Part shown: piece after piece, positions 37,926 to 51,886 of the stretch
Layout: each line of letters begins with the position of its first letter
Numbering within the stretch: position 1 is the stretch's first letter
Assembly: GCA_026026165.1 (NCBI GenBank)
Contig: JAPEUD010000037.1
Span: 62,001 to 126,000 of the forward strand
From: Sarea resinae
Lineage: Eukaryota
Direction of reading: 5' to 3'
DNA: 64,000 nt
Program-made: the position numbers and the translations under genes
Notes under the pieces: generated by a model
What the model was told of the DNA's origin: nothing
The model's input: the letters and a program-made list of their open reading frames with translations, nothing else
Database searches by the model: none

Positions 37926-38510
37926 GGAAGTCATCGGCCCAACCAACCACGGAGTACTATGTAGTTCGTAGACAAGGGAACAATCAATATCGTTCGATAT
38001 GCTAGTCATTTTTTTCTCTCTCATTCTAGGTAAAATCTATCCATCGAAAGTAGTATTGCCGGTATGTAGGAATGCAAGAATAGCCTATGTAATACCTGGC
38101 ATGTAAGGTACCAAAAGGTAGCCGGTCCAAGTAAAGCAGCAGAAGAAACGGTGGCGCGACTCGCGAATCGTGGGCCCTTCTCGGTCCCTGCCGCCGGCGG
38201 ATATGCTAGTCTTAGTTGCATCCACTGGTTTTGGACCCGCTATAGGTACAGGTAGGCATGCTTCGTTCAGTAAGGCATGTTGAGCAAGGTCCCACTTCCG
38301 AGCCCTATTCTCAAGTTTCAAGTTGAGGCTGAGAGAGCATCAGGCGAGGCTAGTGAGTAATAGCAGGTATCTAGTAGTGTTATTACTGGCGGTAGGGTAA
38401 GGGACCTTGGATGTAGGAACACCTGCCCTATCTACGGCTAATGTTACAAAAATACAGATGTCTGGCCGTCTCGGACCAGCGGCCAAAGATGGTCCCTTCG
38501 CATTCGCATC

Positions 38511-41500
38511 CTACCCCTTCATCGTGGCCAGGAAAGACGACAGATCCAAATCTCGCTCGTAAGCGTTGTCATCCCAGAGCTCCTCCAGATCATCCAGCAA
38601 GCCTTTCTTTCCCTTCTCGCGCACCTCGCCTGTTGCATCCACCATATCTTCTTCCCTACCTGTCAGCTCGCCGGCTTTTGGCACGCCGCCGTCGGCCGTT
38701 TCGCCTAGATTGAAGAGATCGAGGATTTGGTCTGTTTCCATAGTACCGAGGCCCGCATTCTGTTGATTGACTACTGTCGAGGCGACGTCGATCTTGAAGC
38801 GCTGGAGGCTGAAGTGCTGTGTTAATATGACTTCGAGACGACGATGAATAGGAATTGCATACCTCATGATCTTTTCTTCTAGTGTACCTCGAGTAATCAA
38901 TCGGTAGACGTTGACGACCTTCTTTTGTCCAATTCGATGTGCGCGATCCATGGCTTGTAGATCTTTCTGAGGATTCCAGTCATGCTCGACAAAGATGACG
39001 GTGTCAGCTCCGGTCAAGTTTAGGCCCAATCCGCCAACACTAGTCGTCAGGAGTAGAACATCGTAACTTGGATCACTATTGAATTGATTGACGATGGCCT
39101 GCCGCTTGTTTGCTTCCACACTGCCATCCAAGCGAAGATACTGCACAGACGGAAGCATTTTCTTGAGCACATCGTTCTGCACAATATCGAGCATCTCCTT
39201 CATTTGACAGAAAACAAGAGCACGATGTTGACTGACGTAGTTCGTTTCGGTGGTGATTTCGCCCTCAGTCGCAGCAGTCTCAGTACCAATGCCGCAATCA
39301 ACGAGAAGGTCTCGAAGAGCAGTCAGCTTTGGCGCATGAGCTGGATCACGAAGGCTAGAGTTCTGGCGGGCCAGCTGCTTTTGAATCTGATCGTATTGCT
39401 TGTGGCCCTCTTTGACCACCAAGGCTGGAGAATTGCAGAGTTTACGCATGTACTGTAGCGCTTGGAAGATGTGCTGTTTGGCTTCTTTGTCGCCGGTTGA
39501 AGCCTTGTCCGCGAGCGTCTTACCCTCCTTCTTAGTGAAATCCTCGAACAACTTCCGCTGGATCTCGCTGAGGTCGCAGTAGTAGTTCTGCAAAATCTTT
39601 GGTGGTAGGTCGTTGAGCACTTCCTCTTTGAGTCGGCGCAAGAGAAATGGAAGAACCTGCTTATGAAGAGCCTCGATAGCGAGTGCGCCGGCTTCTTGCT
39701 CTTTCGATGATGACTTGCTAAAACGACTAGCTGCAATAGGTTTGGCAAATCGGTCCAAAAACACTTTTTCGGTGCCCAGAAAGCCAGGCATCAGGAAGTC
39801 AAACAGAGACCACAATTCAAGGACATTGTTCTGGATAGGCGTGCCTGATAAGATGAGTCTATGGTTGCTAGCCAGCCTCTTTACGGCCATAGTAATCTTA
39901 GCCTTGGGGTTTTTGATCAAATGTCCCTCGTCGAGAACGCAGTAATTCCAATTCAGAGGGGTTAGAACGTCAACATCGTTCCTGCAAATGTCGTACGAAG
40001 TAATGACAATATCCGTTTTTCCAAGTCCCGATCGGAGCTTGGTTCTTTCAGCCGGAGGGCCCACGTAAGCCATACAGGATAAGAATGGAGCATATGTTTT
40101 GATCTCTTGCTGCCAGTGTCCAGAGAGGGTCGGTGGACATACAATCAGGGATGGTAACCGACGGACATCAGGAGCCTTTGTCTTCTCATACTCCTCGGCA
40201 CGCATGTGATGATCGCTCGCCACGATACAAAGAGTCTGCAGTGTCTTGCCCAGGCCCATGTCATCGCAAAGAATACCGTGAAGATGGTAACGATTGAGGA
40301 ACGCTAACCAGTTGACACCCTCTTGTTGGTAGGACCGCAATTCTGCTTTGATAGCAACAGGTATTTCAAAAGGTTCAACTTTGTGAACGTCAAGCATTTG
40401 GGCAATGAACTTGCGCTCTCGATCACGGCCCTTCAATAGCTCTTCGGAGAAACCAGGGGGATCTGGGATACCAGCTTCGAGAGGTACCAGCTTGACGAGA
40501 GTCGCGAAGGTTGTAGTAGCGATAAGTCGGGTGTCGTTATCGGTATCACTCATTCGACCCAGGACTGGCACAATCAAGAAAATGACGTACGGCAGGATCT
40601 CATCTTCCATAACATGTATGAGATGATATATGCATTCGATCGCACCTTGTCGACATTGCAGATCGACCGCGTTGTTGATGGAAGGCAGAATCGTCTCCAC
40701 CAACATTGTCATGCCCTGGACTGGAAGAACGCTGCAGATAGTTGCGAAACATTTGGCAGCCGCGTATCTAAGCACAGAAAGGTTTGATTGCAGGCCTTTG
40801 GCAATCAACGGCATGAGATCAATGATGAACTTGTGGATATTAGGATGAAGCTTCGGGACCAAAGCCCGAATTGTCGATAAGCCATCGACCACCTCCTGGC
40901 CAAGCGTGTTATTGAGGTCTCTGATATCTGCCGGGAGGCCACCTGTAAAAGCCTGGCGAAGTGGCGTCTCGATAATATTTCGCAGAGTTGACACCTTCTC
41001 CAACAGTTCGCCGCCAAATATACCGGCAAGCCGCTCCAGCGCCTCTTTAGCACCACGACGCATGATTCGAGCTTCTCTGGCCTCCCTCTCAAATCTAGCC
41101 GCATCTGGATGGTCACGTCTATCCTCTTCTTTACGGAGAGAGAGGATCGCATTCTCCAGGTTTGAATTATGATGGAACTCGGGCGTCTCGGAGGTATCAA
41201 CACAGCAAAATTTCACCAGATTGGAAATGACTTTGTCCATGGGCCCGCGCCGACCAGTCAAAGCATAGTGTTTCAAGAGGGCTGCGATGGAAGCCGCCGA
41301 TCGCTGCTGCAATTCGATGTTTTCCTCTTTCTTCACACTATCCATTATGCTCTTGATAAGTTGGCTTGGTTTCTTCGGGATGTTATTAGCAGCTATCATT
41401 GCACCTGCTGCTGCCGCCTTGATTCGCACGTCCCTCTGTTCTTTAATCGTCTTTGCCTCTTGAATTGCCGAGACAACAATTGTTCGAGAATCATTGAGAG

Positions 41501-44500
41501 CTTGGATGCAGGTCATGCGCTGCGCTGGGGACAATAATTTCTTCAATCGATCAAAATCACTGTCAACAATTTTCTCAGCCAATCCAATGGAGAAAGCATT
41601 CGGGCCGGCATCTGGATCGCCTTCCACAACAATGGCAATAGCGGGTATTTTCGAAGGCGAGATACGCCCCACGTCGCGGAAAGTGTTGAGCAAAGAGTGG
41701 CATTGAGCGCGTGCTGTCTGGGTATAGCTGACAAGATCTCTATAACTGGGTGGACGATCCTCGTCGAGGAACGGAAGGAGGGCCTGGGCAAATGCTGAAT
41801 TTGGAGCGCCACAATTCCATGAATATTCTTCTAATACCATTGCGGCGGTGAGCTGTGTTGTAGAAAAGGGGGATTGAAGATTTGACAAAACTTTCGGGCC
41901 AAAGATGGCTTGGCAAGCGTCTTGAGGCCAGAGGCTCATGGCCTTTCCAAGAGCCTTTGCTGCGTGGATTTTCGATCTGATCAAAACGTCCGCGCTTACC
42001 AAATCGACGTCACCTTGTATCATATGGCCATCGATATTGTGCGTCGCAGGAGGCGGTTCGTCCTTCTTTTCCGACCTCTTCCTCCGCTTTGGCGTCGGTT
42101 CTGCTCCATTTGCAGGAGACGGTTTTCTCGGTGCAATTCCCGGTAAAGCATAGGGTTGTCCGGAGGGACGAATGAACAGCGAAGGGTCCATTGGAATAGG
42201 ATGTCGAGAGACTCCAATAGGATTGAGTGACAATGCAACCAGAGGGTCTAAGTGGGGTGAAAATTCGTGCGCAAATCGCTCCGCACCTTGCTCTGCCAGA
42301 ACATCTGCCAAGGCCATCCAAACTCGCAATGAAAGTTTGAGCACCTCTTCGTTTCGCTCGACAAGCAAGTTCTGAAAGGTAAGACGCAAGCTTTTCCCGT
42401 CAACCCAGCCTTTTGCTCCTTCGCCCTCGATGGTGAGGAACGTCATCAATGCCCGAAGGACTGAAGAGCGAACGCTTGTGATAGTGTGTCGGAGGAACGG
42501 GTACAGTCTAGGGACGAGACGCTCAAATGACTGTTCGGTGTGATGCGCAGCGTTCTCCTTCATAGCTTCTAGAACTTGAGAGAAGCTACATAGCTTGGCA
42601 AGGAGGTCCATGACAGAGCCAGTGCTAGCACTTAGATCATCCCGCAAGTTCGACAAACAATCCCAGACGATATTGATGAGCCCTGGAAGAGCGTTCGGTC
42701 GAAGATCCACAAATTCTTTGGCTATAGGAATCAGTGTTGCAGCGCTGACAGCCCGAACATCGTCGTCAAAGTCACTGAGGCCTTTCATGACGGCGTTCAC
42801 GACCCCATCAATCAAGTCATTGTCCGTGAGAAGTAGGTCATTCCGGACAGCAACAAGGTAACGGAGCCCTATCATACCTCCGTGGCAGACCTCCCAGACA
42901 GGGAAATTCAGTCCAATGTCTTCCTGCATGACCAAGCGGTACAAAATGCGATATACGGAATGGACTGTTTGCGCGGGTAAGTGGATCAAGAGCGCCCCCA
43001 GAGTCTGACCAACCGTCTCTCGAATAGGCGCGACGACGTTGTCCGATATGTAATCTCCAAAGCGATCGAGCATCAATACGCAACACACACGGCAAGCCAG
43101 GTCATCTAGCCATTTCCGGTTCAACGTATCATTTTCTGCTCGTGTTTTGCCATACATTCGTCCGGCTCCAGCACCGTGAACACGAATCACCTCTCTGATG
43201 CCCATCGCGGCGCCATGTCGGATCTCCCAATTATGATCAAACAGGTCTACTGAAAGGAACTCACAAAGCCTGTCAAAAGGCCATTCCAGGCCTTCATCCT
43301 CAATTTCAATTTCGATCGCAGACTTTTCGGGAACCATAGGTCCTTTGAACTCCGACACAACTTTGGACTCGTCGTCACTATTTTTGCGTTCCAAGGAAAA
43401 ATAATCAGTCGTTGAGTTGGCGCTGTCCTCGTGCTTCACCTCGGACTTGATAGCATGCGGTTCTGGAGTCGAAGGTGTTTGCGGAACATCCTGGCTCGAC
43501 CTGCGGGCAGATAGATCAACGACTCGGACCTTGTTCGCGTGATTCTTGGCGCTCATTTTGTTCTTGCGTTTCAGCTGGTTCAATTGCCTCTTACTAAGGC
43601 CCGACTCTTCGCTGGGTGTTTGCGGTACGGCATCATGAGGAGAGGTGGCCGTATTGATTGCAGACACTGAAGTGCCATGACCAGCGGACATGGAGGTGTC
43701 GAGCCGCGCCAAAGCTGGAGTCGGAGGCAACCCAGGGGCAGCAATGTCTTTTTCGGTCACCAGCTCATCCTCCATGTACTCTCCGCCAAGACCAAGCCGG
43801 GCTGTCAAGCTGCTCTTCTGATGTGCGAGTCTGGCTGCGGGGTCCATCGACGCCAGAGAATAATCATACTCTTTTCCAGCGCTACCGAGAAGCTTCTTAC
43901 CATATTTAAGGATTGATCCAATGTCCAAAGTGTCCAATTGAAGCTGATCATCTGATGACGACAACAAAGTTGTCGACCCTTCCTTTTTGATTTGAGCATC
44001 AGTCCAGCCATCTCCTTCGGCTTTGAGCGGGGGATCGTCAGCGTTTGGATCAAACTTTTCGGCATGCTCGACGATGCCTCCAATCGCTTTGGCAGCAGCG
44101 ATTCGAGTGTCCCATGACCTTGATCTAAGGTACGGGACCACTCTGGTCAGCAGATTGAAGAGCTCATCTGGATGTTGCTTCTGGACATCTGCGAGTTGCT
44201 GCGCGGCAGTATTACGAATTAATTGGGTACTTCCCGTCTCGAGGAGCCTAGATGGAGGTTAGTAGGAGGCAGAGGTAAGAATGGAAACGTGCGCAAGGGC
44301 ACAAAACCATCCAGAGTAAGATTAGTCTCACGTTACGAGGCGGTCGAGTCTGTACAAGAATGATTAGTCAGCGTTCTTATAGAATGACACCAATACCTGG
44401 AAGGACACTGGAAGGGCAAATCCATCGTGACAGCATGGCAAGGGGAGGTACGCTGCATAGTACCATGTGGTACTATGTTCGTTGTGCACGCACGAAGAAC

Positions 44501-44526
44501 AGTAATGAAACTCACCTCGAAGTCAT
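38511..44526 (-). CDS. MOT1: TBP-associated Swi2/Snf2 ATPase Mot1 (BTAF1)
   Basis: Microexons 44516-44526 and 44332-44349 give MTSRLDRLVTLLETGST; HEAT repeats; GILCDDMGLGKT, VLDEGH, SGTPIQN, QAMDRAHRIGQ helicase motifs; late intron ~38809-38861. Confidence 0.97.
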
Positions 44527-47094
44527 GGCTTGGCTTGCCGGAATCCTTTATCCGTCCATCCGGATTAGTAAGCGTGAAGTGAAAGCGAAAAGAAAATGAA
44601 ATGACGGCGCCTGATAATGCCAGTGAGAGCACAATGACGCGTAAAGACTAAAGACACGCGTCGAGATGAGAATCGTGAAGTCGTGAATTTAAAGAAAGAC
44701 GCGAAAACCGAAAAGTGCGCGTTTGGCGGCCGTGGCGACGACGACGATGGCAGATGGATGCGCTTTCCCGTGTTGATTTTCTCTCGGGAGTGGTCGACGC
44801 TGGTGGTGGTGGTGGTGGTGGTGGTGGTGGCGGGCCGGGGAGAGCGGAACACCCAAAGGTGCAAGTGCAGAAGTAGAGAAGTAGTCGAAGGGTCAAATCA
44901 AAGCTTGGATGCGAGAGGGATTTGTTAGTTGTTTATATGGAAGCGTCTCAGATCACATCGGACCTGGTGGCTGATCTGATAGGTTCGTCTGTGCACCTGC
45001 TTTGGGCAAGGCGTGGTGAAAGGCTGCGTCGTGCGCATCAGGGGGGACGTAGTTCAGTAGAGCACGGTACGTACCTCGCCGTGTCCAGGAAATGAGCGAA
45101 AAGTTGCCCTGTCAGGTTGAAATGATGACTCGCGACCTCTGGGACTCATTCATTCATTTACTACGAGTACTGATCAATCGATGTCGTCTGGCCGGGGAGA
45201 CTGGTGCCTGGTCGCGACCCGACACGCGCTGTGCACATTACACGTTACCCTCGATACCGACAATTGGATTGTAGCAATAGCATCCTTCTGTGGTACCCTC
45301 ACCTTCCCTAGGAATAAAGAGCTGGAGCCTGGTAGTAGAGCGAGCCAGGTGCGTATGAGGTAGGTATCTACGAAGATCTACCTTAGGTACCCAGTAGGTG
45401 CAGCTATTGACCAGAAAGTCGCAATAGCTCAGATACTACTGATACTTCATTTCTTTGGCCCGTACATTCGGAGCTTTTCTTTTCGCACATTTTGAGGGAA
45501 TCGGCGGGTATGCTGCCTAAGACCTCTTTTCACTCACGTATACTTTGTACTAGTTTCGTGGTGTGCTGCTAGTCCTTTTGAACGATTATTCATCTTTGGT
45601 TGATACTGTTTGGTCTCTGAATCTTGACCCTCTTCACTCCTTCTCTTCGCACCCATCTATTGGCCTGATTTGCTCGGCTTCCTGGTCATTTGAACCGCGG
45701 ACATGCGCCATGGTTCTGCTTCTACGGTCTTCTACATTGTTCTGCTACTGCGTTTCTTGGCACAGGAAGCTTTTCTTCGGACTGTGCTTTGGACATCTAA
45801 AGACTCAAGCCCTGCGCAATGCTTGTGTTGACAGCAGAATTTCGCTTTCCGCTCGTGGTGCGTCTCTCACAGGACCCAAAGAATGTAAGAAAGGGCCCGT
45901 GTTCAGAAATACATAAAGTCAATAAAAATCATACGTTGGCTGAACAGTTGCAGCAAGATGACTCTAAGGGGGGATCTTGAGCATTGTGTTAGCTCGGTCC
46001 CTCATATAGTGAACGGCGCGAGTATTTTGAGGAGTCCATCGTGATCGACACAGCCAGCCCTATGGTTGATATCATCACAGGTCATGAGCTCCTTGGTCCT
46101 CGAGCCCTAGTAGGCACTGTAGGTTGGAAAAAGCTCCGTGAGCCTCGAGAGTTTGCAAAGTCCGTCATGATCATCTTATCGGACTCGATCAAGCTCTTGG
46201 TACACGGCGAATTCACTCTACTTATAATGGCCTTCCAATATTCGTGCCTGTCGCCGATCACAACAACAGAATAGATGCATGTGCCCAATACGCGGCGGTA
46301 GATCCGACGTATCTGTCGGGTTCGTAGAAGATACGAGGCGACACGACAACAAGGCCTCATGATCTGAGAGAACCGCCTTACAGAAACCCTACGTCCCAGA
46401 AGCTCAAGACAGTTGGCCCTGAGAAATCTGCATACTGCTATGATTCACACGTGCGAAAGGTAACGGGGCAGTGCGTGAGCACACATGGACAGGCGGGTGG
46501 TAATATCCAGGGTTCTCTTAGTGGATACCGTGGCATCCAGTCTCACGGGGGTTTGTTTAAGGGGATGAGTGACGATGACGATGTCACTTTCGTCCCTGCG
46601 CAAACGGGCAAAGGGAATGGATTGATTGGCTGTACGAAGTACTTTGTCGTATGGAGTACTGCTCCAGGCGCGGCAGCATTGTAGCGACCTACGGTACTGT
46701 CCAATGTACGGATACCTACCTACGAGGTGGGCGAGTGAGCGAGTCACCCTCTCGACTCGACTCTCGGCGTCTGCTGTCCTTGGTACTCGTACCTTGGCTA
46801 CGGTGCAGTCGGTCAGGTAAGGCATGGTGTAGGTACTCCGGTACATGGAGGCAGCTGGTGTGTTCATGCAACACGATGCAACCACGTCTCTTCGACCTTA
46901 AGGTAGATTGCCCTATCTATATCTTTCAGGCAGCATCATTTGTTCTCATTAATTGCGACATCTCCTTGATTCATATTCATACGCTCCTATAATCGAACTA
47001 CACCCTCTCATCTCGTCAATGTCCAAGATATAAGACCGACAGTTCTGACTGCCGCCCACTCCAACTCCACGGCAGCAGCCTGGTGACCGCTCTC

Positions 47095-50000
47095 ATGTCC
47101 GCCTCTGCTTTCAATCCCCCTCTCCCAGGGCCTAAATCGGCACATCATCCTGCGGTCTATAATGCACCTGCTACCGCTCACAGTTCCGGGGCCCCAGCAG
47201 GGACCTTCGTCCCGGGTACCAAGGTGCAAGTTGGCAATCACAGAGTCGTCATTGAGAAGTATCTCTCCGAAGGAGGCTTCGCCCACGTCTATCTCGTCAG
47301 GTTACCAAAACCGATCGATGGATGGGATGTCGCTGTGCTCAAACGGGTGGCCGTCCCCGACAAGGAGGCTCTGGCGAATATGCGGACCGAGGTGGAGACA
47401 ATGAAGAAGCTGAAGGGTCATAGGCATATCGTGACCTACATGGATTCGCACGCGTCGCAGTTGAAGGGTGGGGGGTACGAGGTGTTTCTGTTGATGGAGT
47501 ACTGTGACGGAGGGGGCTTGATCGACTTTATGAATACTCGTCTACAGCACCGACTCACCGAGCCCGAGATCCTCCATATATTTTCCGACGTCGCCGAAGG
47601 GGTGGCTTGCATGCATTACCTAAAGCCACCACTTTTGCACCGCGACCTGAAGGTTGAAAATGTCCTGATATCAAATGGCCCATCAAGACGATACAAACTT
47701 TGCGATTTTGGCTCCGCAGCTCCTCCGAGACCGGCAGCTACGACGGCCACCGAAGGCAGACTGATTGAGGATGATATACAAAAGCATACTACCCTACAGT
47801 ATAGAAGTCCAGAAATGATCGACGTGTATCGGAAGCAGCCTATTGACGAGAAGAGTGATGTATGGGCCTTGGGTGTCTTGTTATACAAGCTATGCTATTA
47901 TACAACGCCGTTCGAGGAGCAGGGACAGATGGCTATCCTTAATGCCAGCTTTAGGTTCCCCGCATATCCTTCCTTCTCGGACCGTCTGAAGAAATTGATC
48001 GGTGAGTCTTCGAGACAGAAGAGAAGATTGCATCGCTAAGACAGGCCAGCCTCCATGCTCCGAGAACATCCACAGCTTCGGCCAAATATCTATCAGATAG
48101 TGCGTGAAGTCTGCCTCATGAGGGGAACAGATGTCCCGATCAAAGATGTAACCCTAGACCGCCACCTTTCGCTATTCATTCTGACGTCAATAGATCTATG
48201 CCGGACGTTCGCATTCAGAAGCTCGCAAAAACCAGCAATTACCATCACCTGAGCCCAAAATTGCCTCTCCTCCCATAGTAGGAGCGTATCACGCACCCCC
48301 AGAGCCGCCGAAGCAGATCATACCCGAGATAGCTCCAATGAGAAGAGGCCGACCTACCAAAGTTCCCCAGCAACCACCGGGCTCTAAACCGAGTCCGTCC
48401 CCCCTACGAGGTGCCACGAAAGACCCCTTTGCGGCACTCGACTCCAATTCTGCTTCCACCAGGGCAGCTGCTGCTGACGAGCTTGCGGCCCGTTTCCCAT
48501 CCTTGGATCAATTCTCTCTGCTTCACGATTCTGGAAACAAATTTGAGTTTGATCCAACATCTCCAGTCACCCCCTCGGCACCAAAGGACATCAGCCAGCG
48601 TGTAACAGAAGCATTAGCGGACGAAGCTTTTGCTTTGCCCAAGGTTCAACCGACAGTCACCGCAAGAGGCCTCTCTTCGCACGTCAAGTCTACTTCGATT
48701 GCAGCACGGCCTGAGCCACTCAAACAATCTCAGCCTGCTGAGCAGAGAGCCGAGCAAGTTCGGCAATCGCCTCTTCTACATCAGCCAACCCCAAGGCGGC
48801 CTGTCATGGTTTCTACGGGGACGATGACTTCGCCTACTAGTCCACCGCCTGAATGGAAGGGCTCGAACTCGGGCACTCAGAAACCAGTCCGGCTTCCAGT
48901 CACCTCGACGACTACCACCGAGCATAGGTCGTCCAGCCAGCCGAGGGCTTCGGATAATACACGTCTCTCAATCCCACCCAGCAAACCGGACAACAAGAGG
49001 CCACCTCTACTTGACATGCATCGTTCAAAGTCACAGACTCTGGCTCTTATTGGCGCGCCTCAGTCCCCTGCTTCCTCTCGTCCGTCTCTGGAGGGGCAGC
49101 GTCCATCATCGCTCGAGATCAACAACTCAATCAACCGTTCACGATCAGCCAATTCACGGCCCCGACCTTCCAGTGTCTACCTTGAGTCGAACTTGGACTA
49201 TCTACGAGATCGAGAATCCGCCCGAGGTAGAGGTCCACTAGCTTGGGAAGGAAGTGAAGGTCCAGAGGATCAAGAAGACAATGCTATCACTTCTAATGTC
49301 GATTTCCTCCGTTCAATGGAGGATGACGATTCGTCTAGAAGGAAAGAGAAACGAAGCAGTAGCAGATCGAAGCATGCCAAGCGCTCAAGCATTCCTGCAA
49401 TGGCGCTCTCGAACACAAAGACTATCTTGGCTGGCAAATTTGGAGACGCGTTCCGACGTTTTGAGGAGAATAGAAGTGGGTCTGGCAATCGTACGCCTAG
49501 CCCTCGACCGGACTGGGAAAGAAACAATCTTACTCCTATCACTGGGTCCGAAGCAACAGGGGAGCGAAGTGACGATGAGATTGCCGTTGAGGATGCTGCG
49601 GAGATACCAGCAGAGGTCCGAAGGGAGCTTGAGAGACGACGTCTCTCTCAGGAAGAGAAACGAGTCGCAAAGGCGAAATCCGAATACCGGAAGAAGCTGG
49701 CTCAAGATGACATAACCAGAGGTGGGCCAGCAACAGCAGGGGTGAATCGAGCTGCTTCCATACAAAACAGAGTAAAAAATCTGCTAGATGAAAACAAGGT
49801 CTCGCCATCGAAGACTGCAGACGGTTACGGGCGTTTCACGGAATCCGAGAGGAAGCTTCCGCCTCCGCAGTTTGAAAGGCCATCGTCGAGCTCTTATCAC
49901 TCGAACGCCAAACCTGAGCTCAGGCCGCCAACCGACTCGGGGATAGAGAGAGGTCCGATCGAGAAACCCTACTTGAAGGGAAGGGCGCCACACAATGATG

Positions 50001-50299
50001 TTATCTCGGCACCACCTTCTCAGCGGGTCGTACACCGACCGAGTGCTCCACCAAAGCCAAAAGCTCTCCAGACTCATGGGCCGGTCGATATACCCCAGCA
50101 ACATCCGTCCTCGCGGTCTCCGTATTTGGGTGCTCGACAGCCCGTACCACAGCCGCGGAATGAGGCCAATACTAGCGCAAACGGTGACGATTGGGAAGCA
50201 AGCTTCAGCAAGAGATATCCGAGTCTTTCTGGTCTCGAGATGGTCGAGACCGAGATTAAAGAGACTGGGCCGGGTGGTATTCGTATTAAAGACGTCTGA
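47095..50299 (+). CDS. NAK-family Ser/Thr kinase (Ark1/Prk1/AAK1-like endocytic kinase)
   Basis: LSEGGFAHVY, HRDLKVEN, LCDFGS, TTLQYRSPEM motifs; DPF motif and FPSL/YPSL repeats in the disordered tail; introns ~48002-48049 and ~48148-48193. Confidence 0.93.
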
Positions 50300-51125
50300 A
50301 AGTTTGCGGATGTCGAGTCGGAGGTGAAGATGGTAGGCAGGGATGAGTCGGATGAGTGGATAATGGGCATGAATAGTCTATAGATCTTATTGTGGCCGAG
50401 TTCAGCAGCATTGTTTTTGATTTTGGCATCACGCGGACCTTTGGTCCACGGTGGACGTTAGTTTATTCTGGTTTGCAGTTGTGATATCATTGATTGCGGC
50501 CTTGATGGTCTATCGACATGGTATCCCTCACAGGTTGGGGGCGGTCTTTATAGTAGGAATCAATGAATACACGATTCATGATCTATGCAGTCATATTCTC
50601 ATGCCATGTTGCCTGCCATCATCTTCACCATTTCGGATTCAAAACACATAGACTATTGTAGGCCAGCTAGATACAAGATTTGTGCCACCAGTGAGTGTGG
50701 TTGGAGGGTAGAGATGTTGTGGGTAGCTAGGGTTAAGGTTAGGTTTAGACTGTCAGTCAGACTTCGGGTTAGGGTCTGGTGAGACGTTCGACGGAAAAAG
50801 TCCAAAACCTAAGTCTAACCCCAAGTCACCTCGTACCTTGGCGCACGCAATAATCCCGTCCAGCTACTAGTCACTTCGTACCTCAACACCTTGGTGTCGT
50901 GACGCATCGCATCGCATACTGCTGCATCCCCAGGACGACCATGATATCTTGATAGCCACAAGCCACAAGCCATACGTTAGCTCCCTCAGGATCAATATCA
51001 AGCACACAACAGCATCAGCGGGTCCCATACCAATCAACGACGACTGTATACACGAGCCGTTAGCTCGAGGTTGGAGATCTGCTCTGATACTGTAGCTGGG
51101 GTGGGCGTCGATAACACTGGAAATC

Positions 51126-51886
51126 ATGACGCCGGTCTCTACGGATGGGGTCGAGGGTATGGCTTTCCTTATTTCTTCCTATCTTCTACGAGCTTCTGGC
51201 TTGTCTAAGGGTTTCTCTCCCAATATCCCGTCTGCATCAAACTCCTTTCCGCTCAATATCCTTTCACATTTCGCTGTCTCTACCACCACGGCAATAGAAT
51301 CCGCCCAGACGTACCCTATGGGTGTGAAAGAGAAAGGACGGTGGTCCGAATTTACTCAGAACGAAACTAACGCTGTAAAACCCGAAGAAAACCTCAAAGC
51401 CGTCATCCACGCCCTATTCCAGCTCCAGCTCTCGATCCACGGATACCAACACCCTCAGACGGCGCAGACGCTCAAAGATCAACTGTCCGTCTCCCCGCCT
51501 CCTCCTCCTCCTCCCTCCCCATCCAGCTCTCCCTCAACTAACATGCCCAACCACCACACAGAACCGACTTCACCGCCACGCTCTCGCACACCCTCCACAA
51601 GACCCAGACGCAATCGCCGCCGCTGCCGTCGATCCCGCCCGAGATCATCGCCTACGTGGACTCGGGCCGCAACCCGGACATCTACACGCGGGAATTCGTC
51701 GAATTGGCCCAGGAAGGCAACCGCGCTCTGAAGGCGCGCATGGAGGCCTTTGCCGCCTTCAGAGACGTGCTGGCGCGAGAGATGGGCAGCGCGCTCCCCG
51801 AGCTGAGGGCCGAGGTCGGCAAGGTGGTCGAGGATACGGGCGGCGTGTGGGACGAGAAAGGGGAGCGGGAAGTTCTGGGGGGATGA
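51126..51886 (+). CDS. MED10: Mediator subunit Med10 (Nut2)
   Basis: Spliced MTPVSTDGVE|ENLKAVIHALFQLQLSIHGY...|...IPPEIIAYVDSGRNPDIYTREFVE...KARMEAFAAFRDVL; introns 51157-51387 and ~51485-51561. Confidence 0.92.

Noticed and set aside
45560..46400. Short ORFs between MOT1 and the kinase
   Set aside because: Stops in all frames and no recognisable motif; a relic cannot be excluded without blastx.
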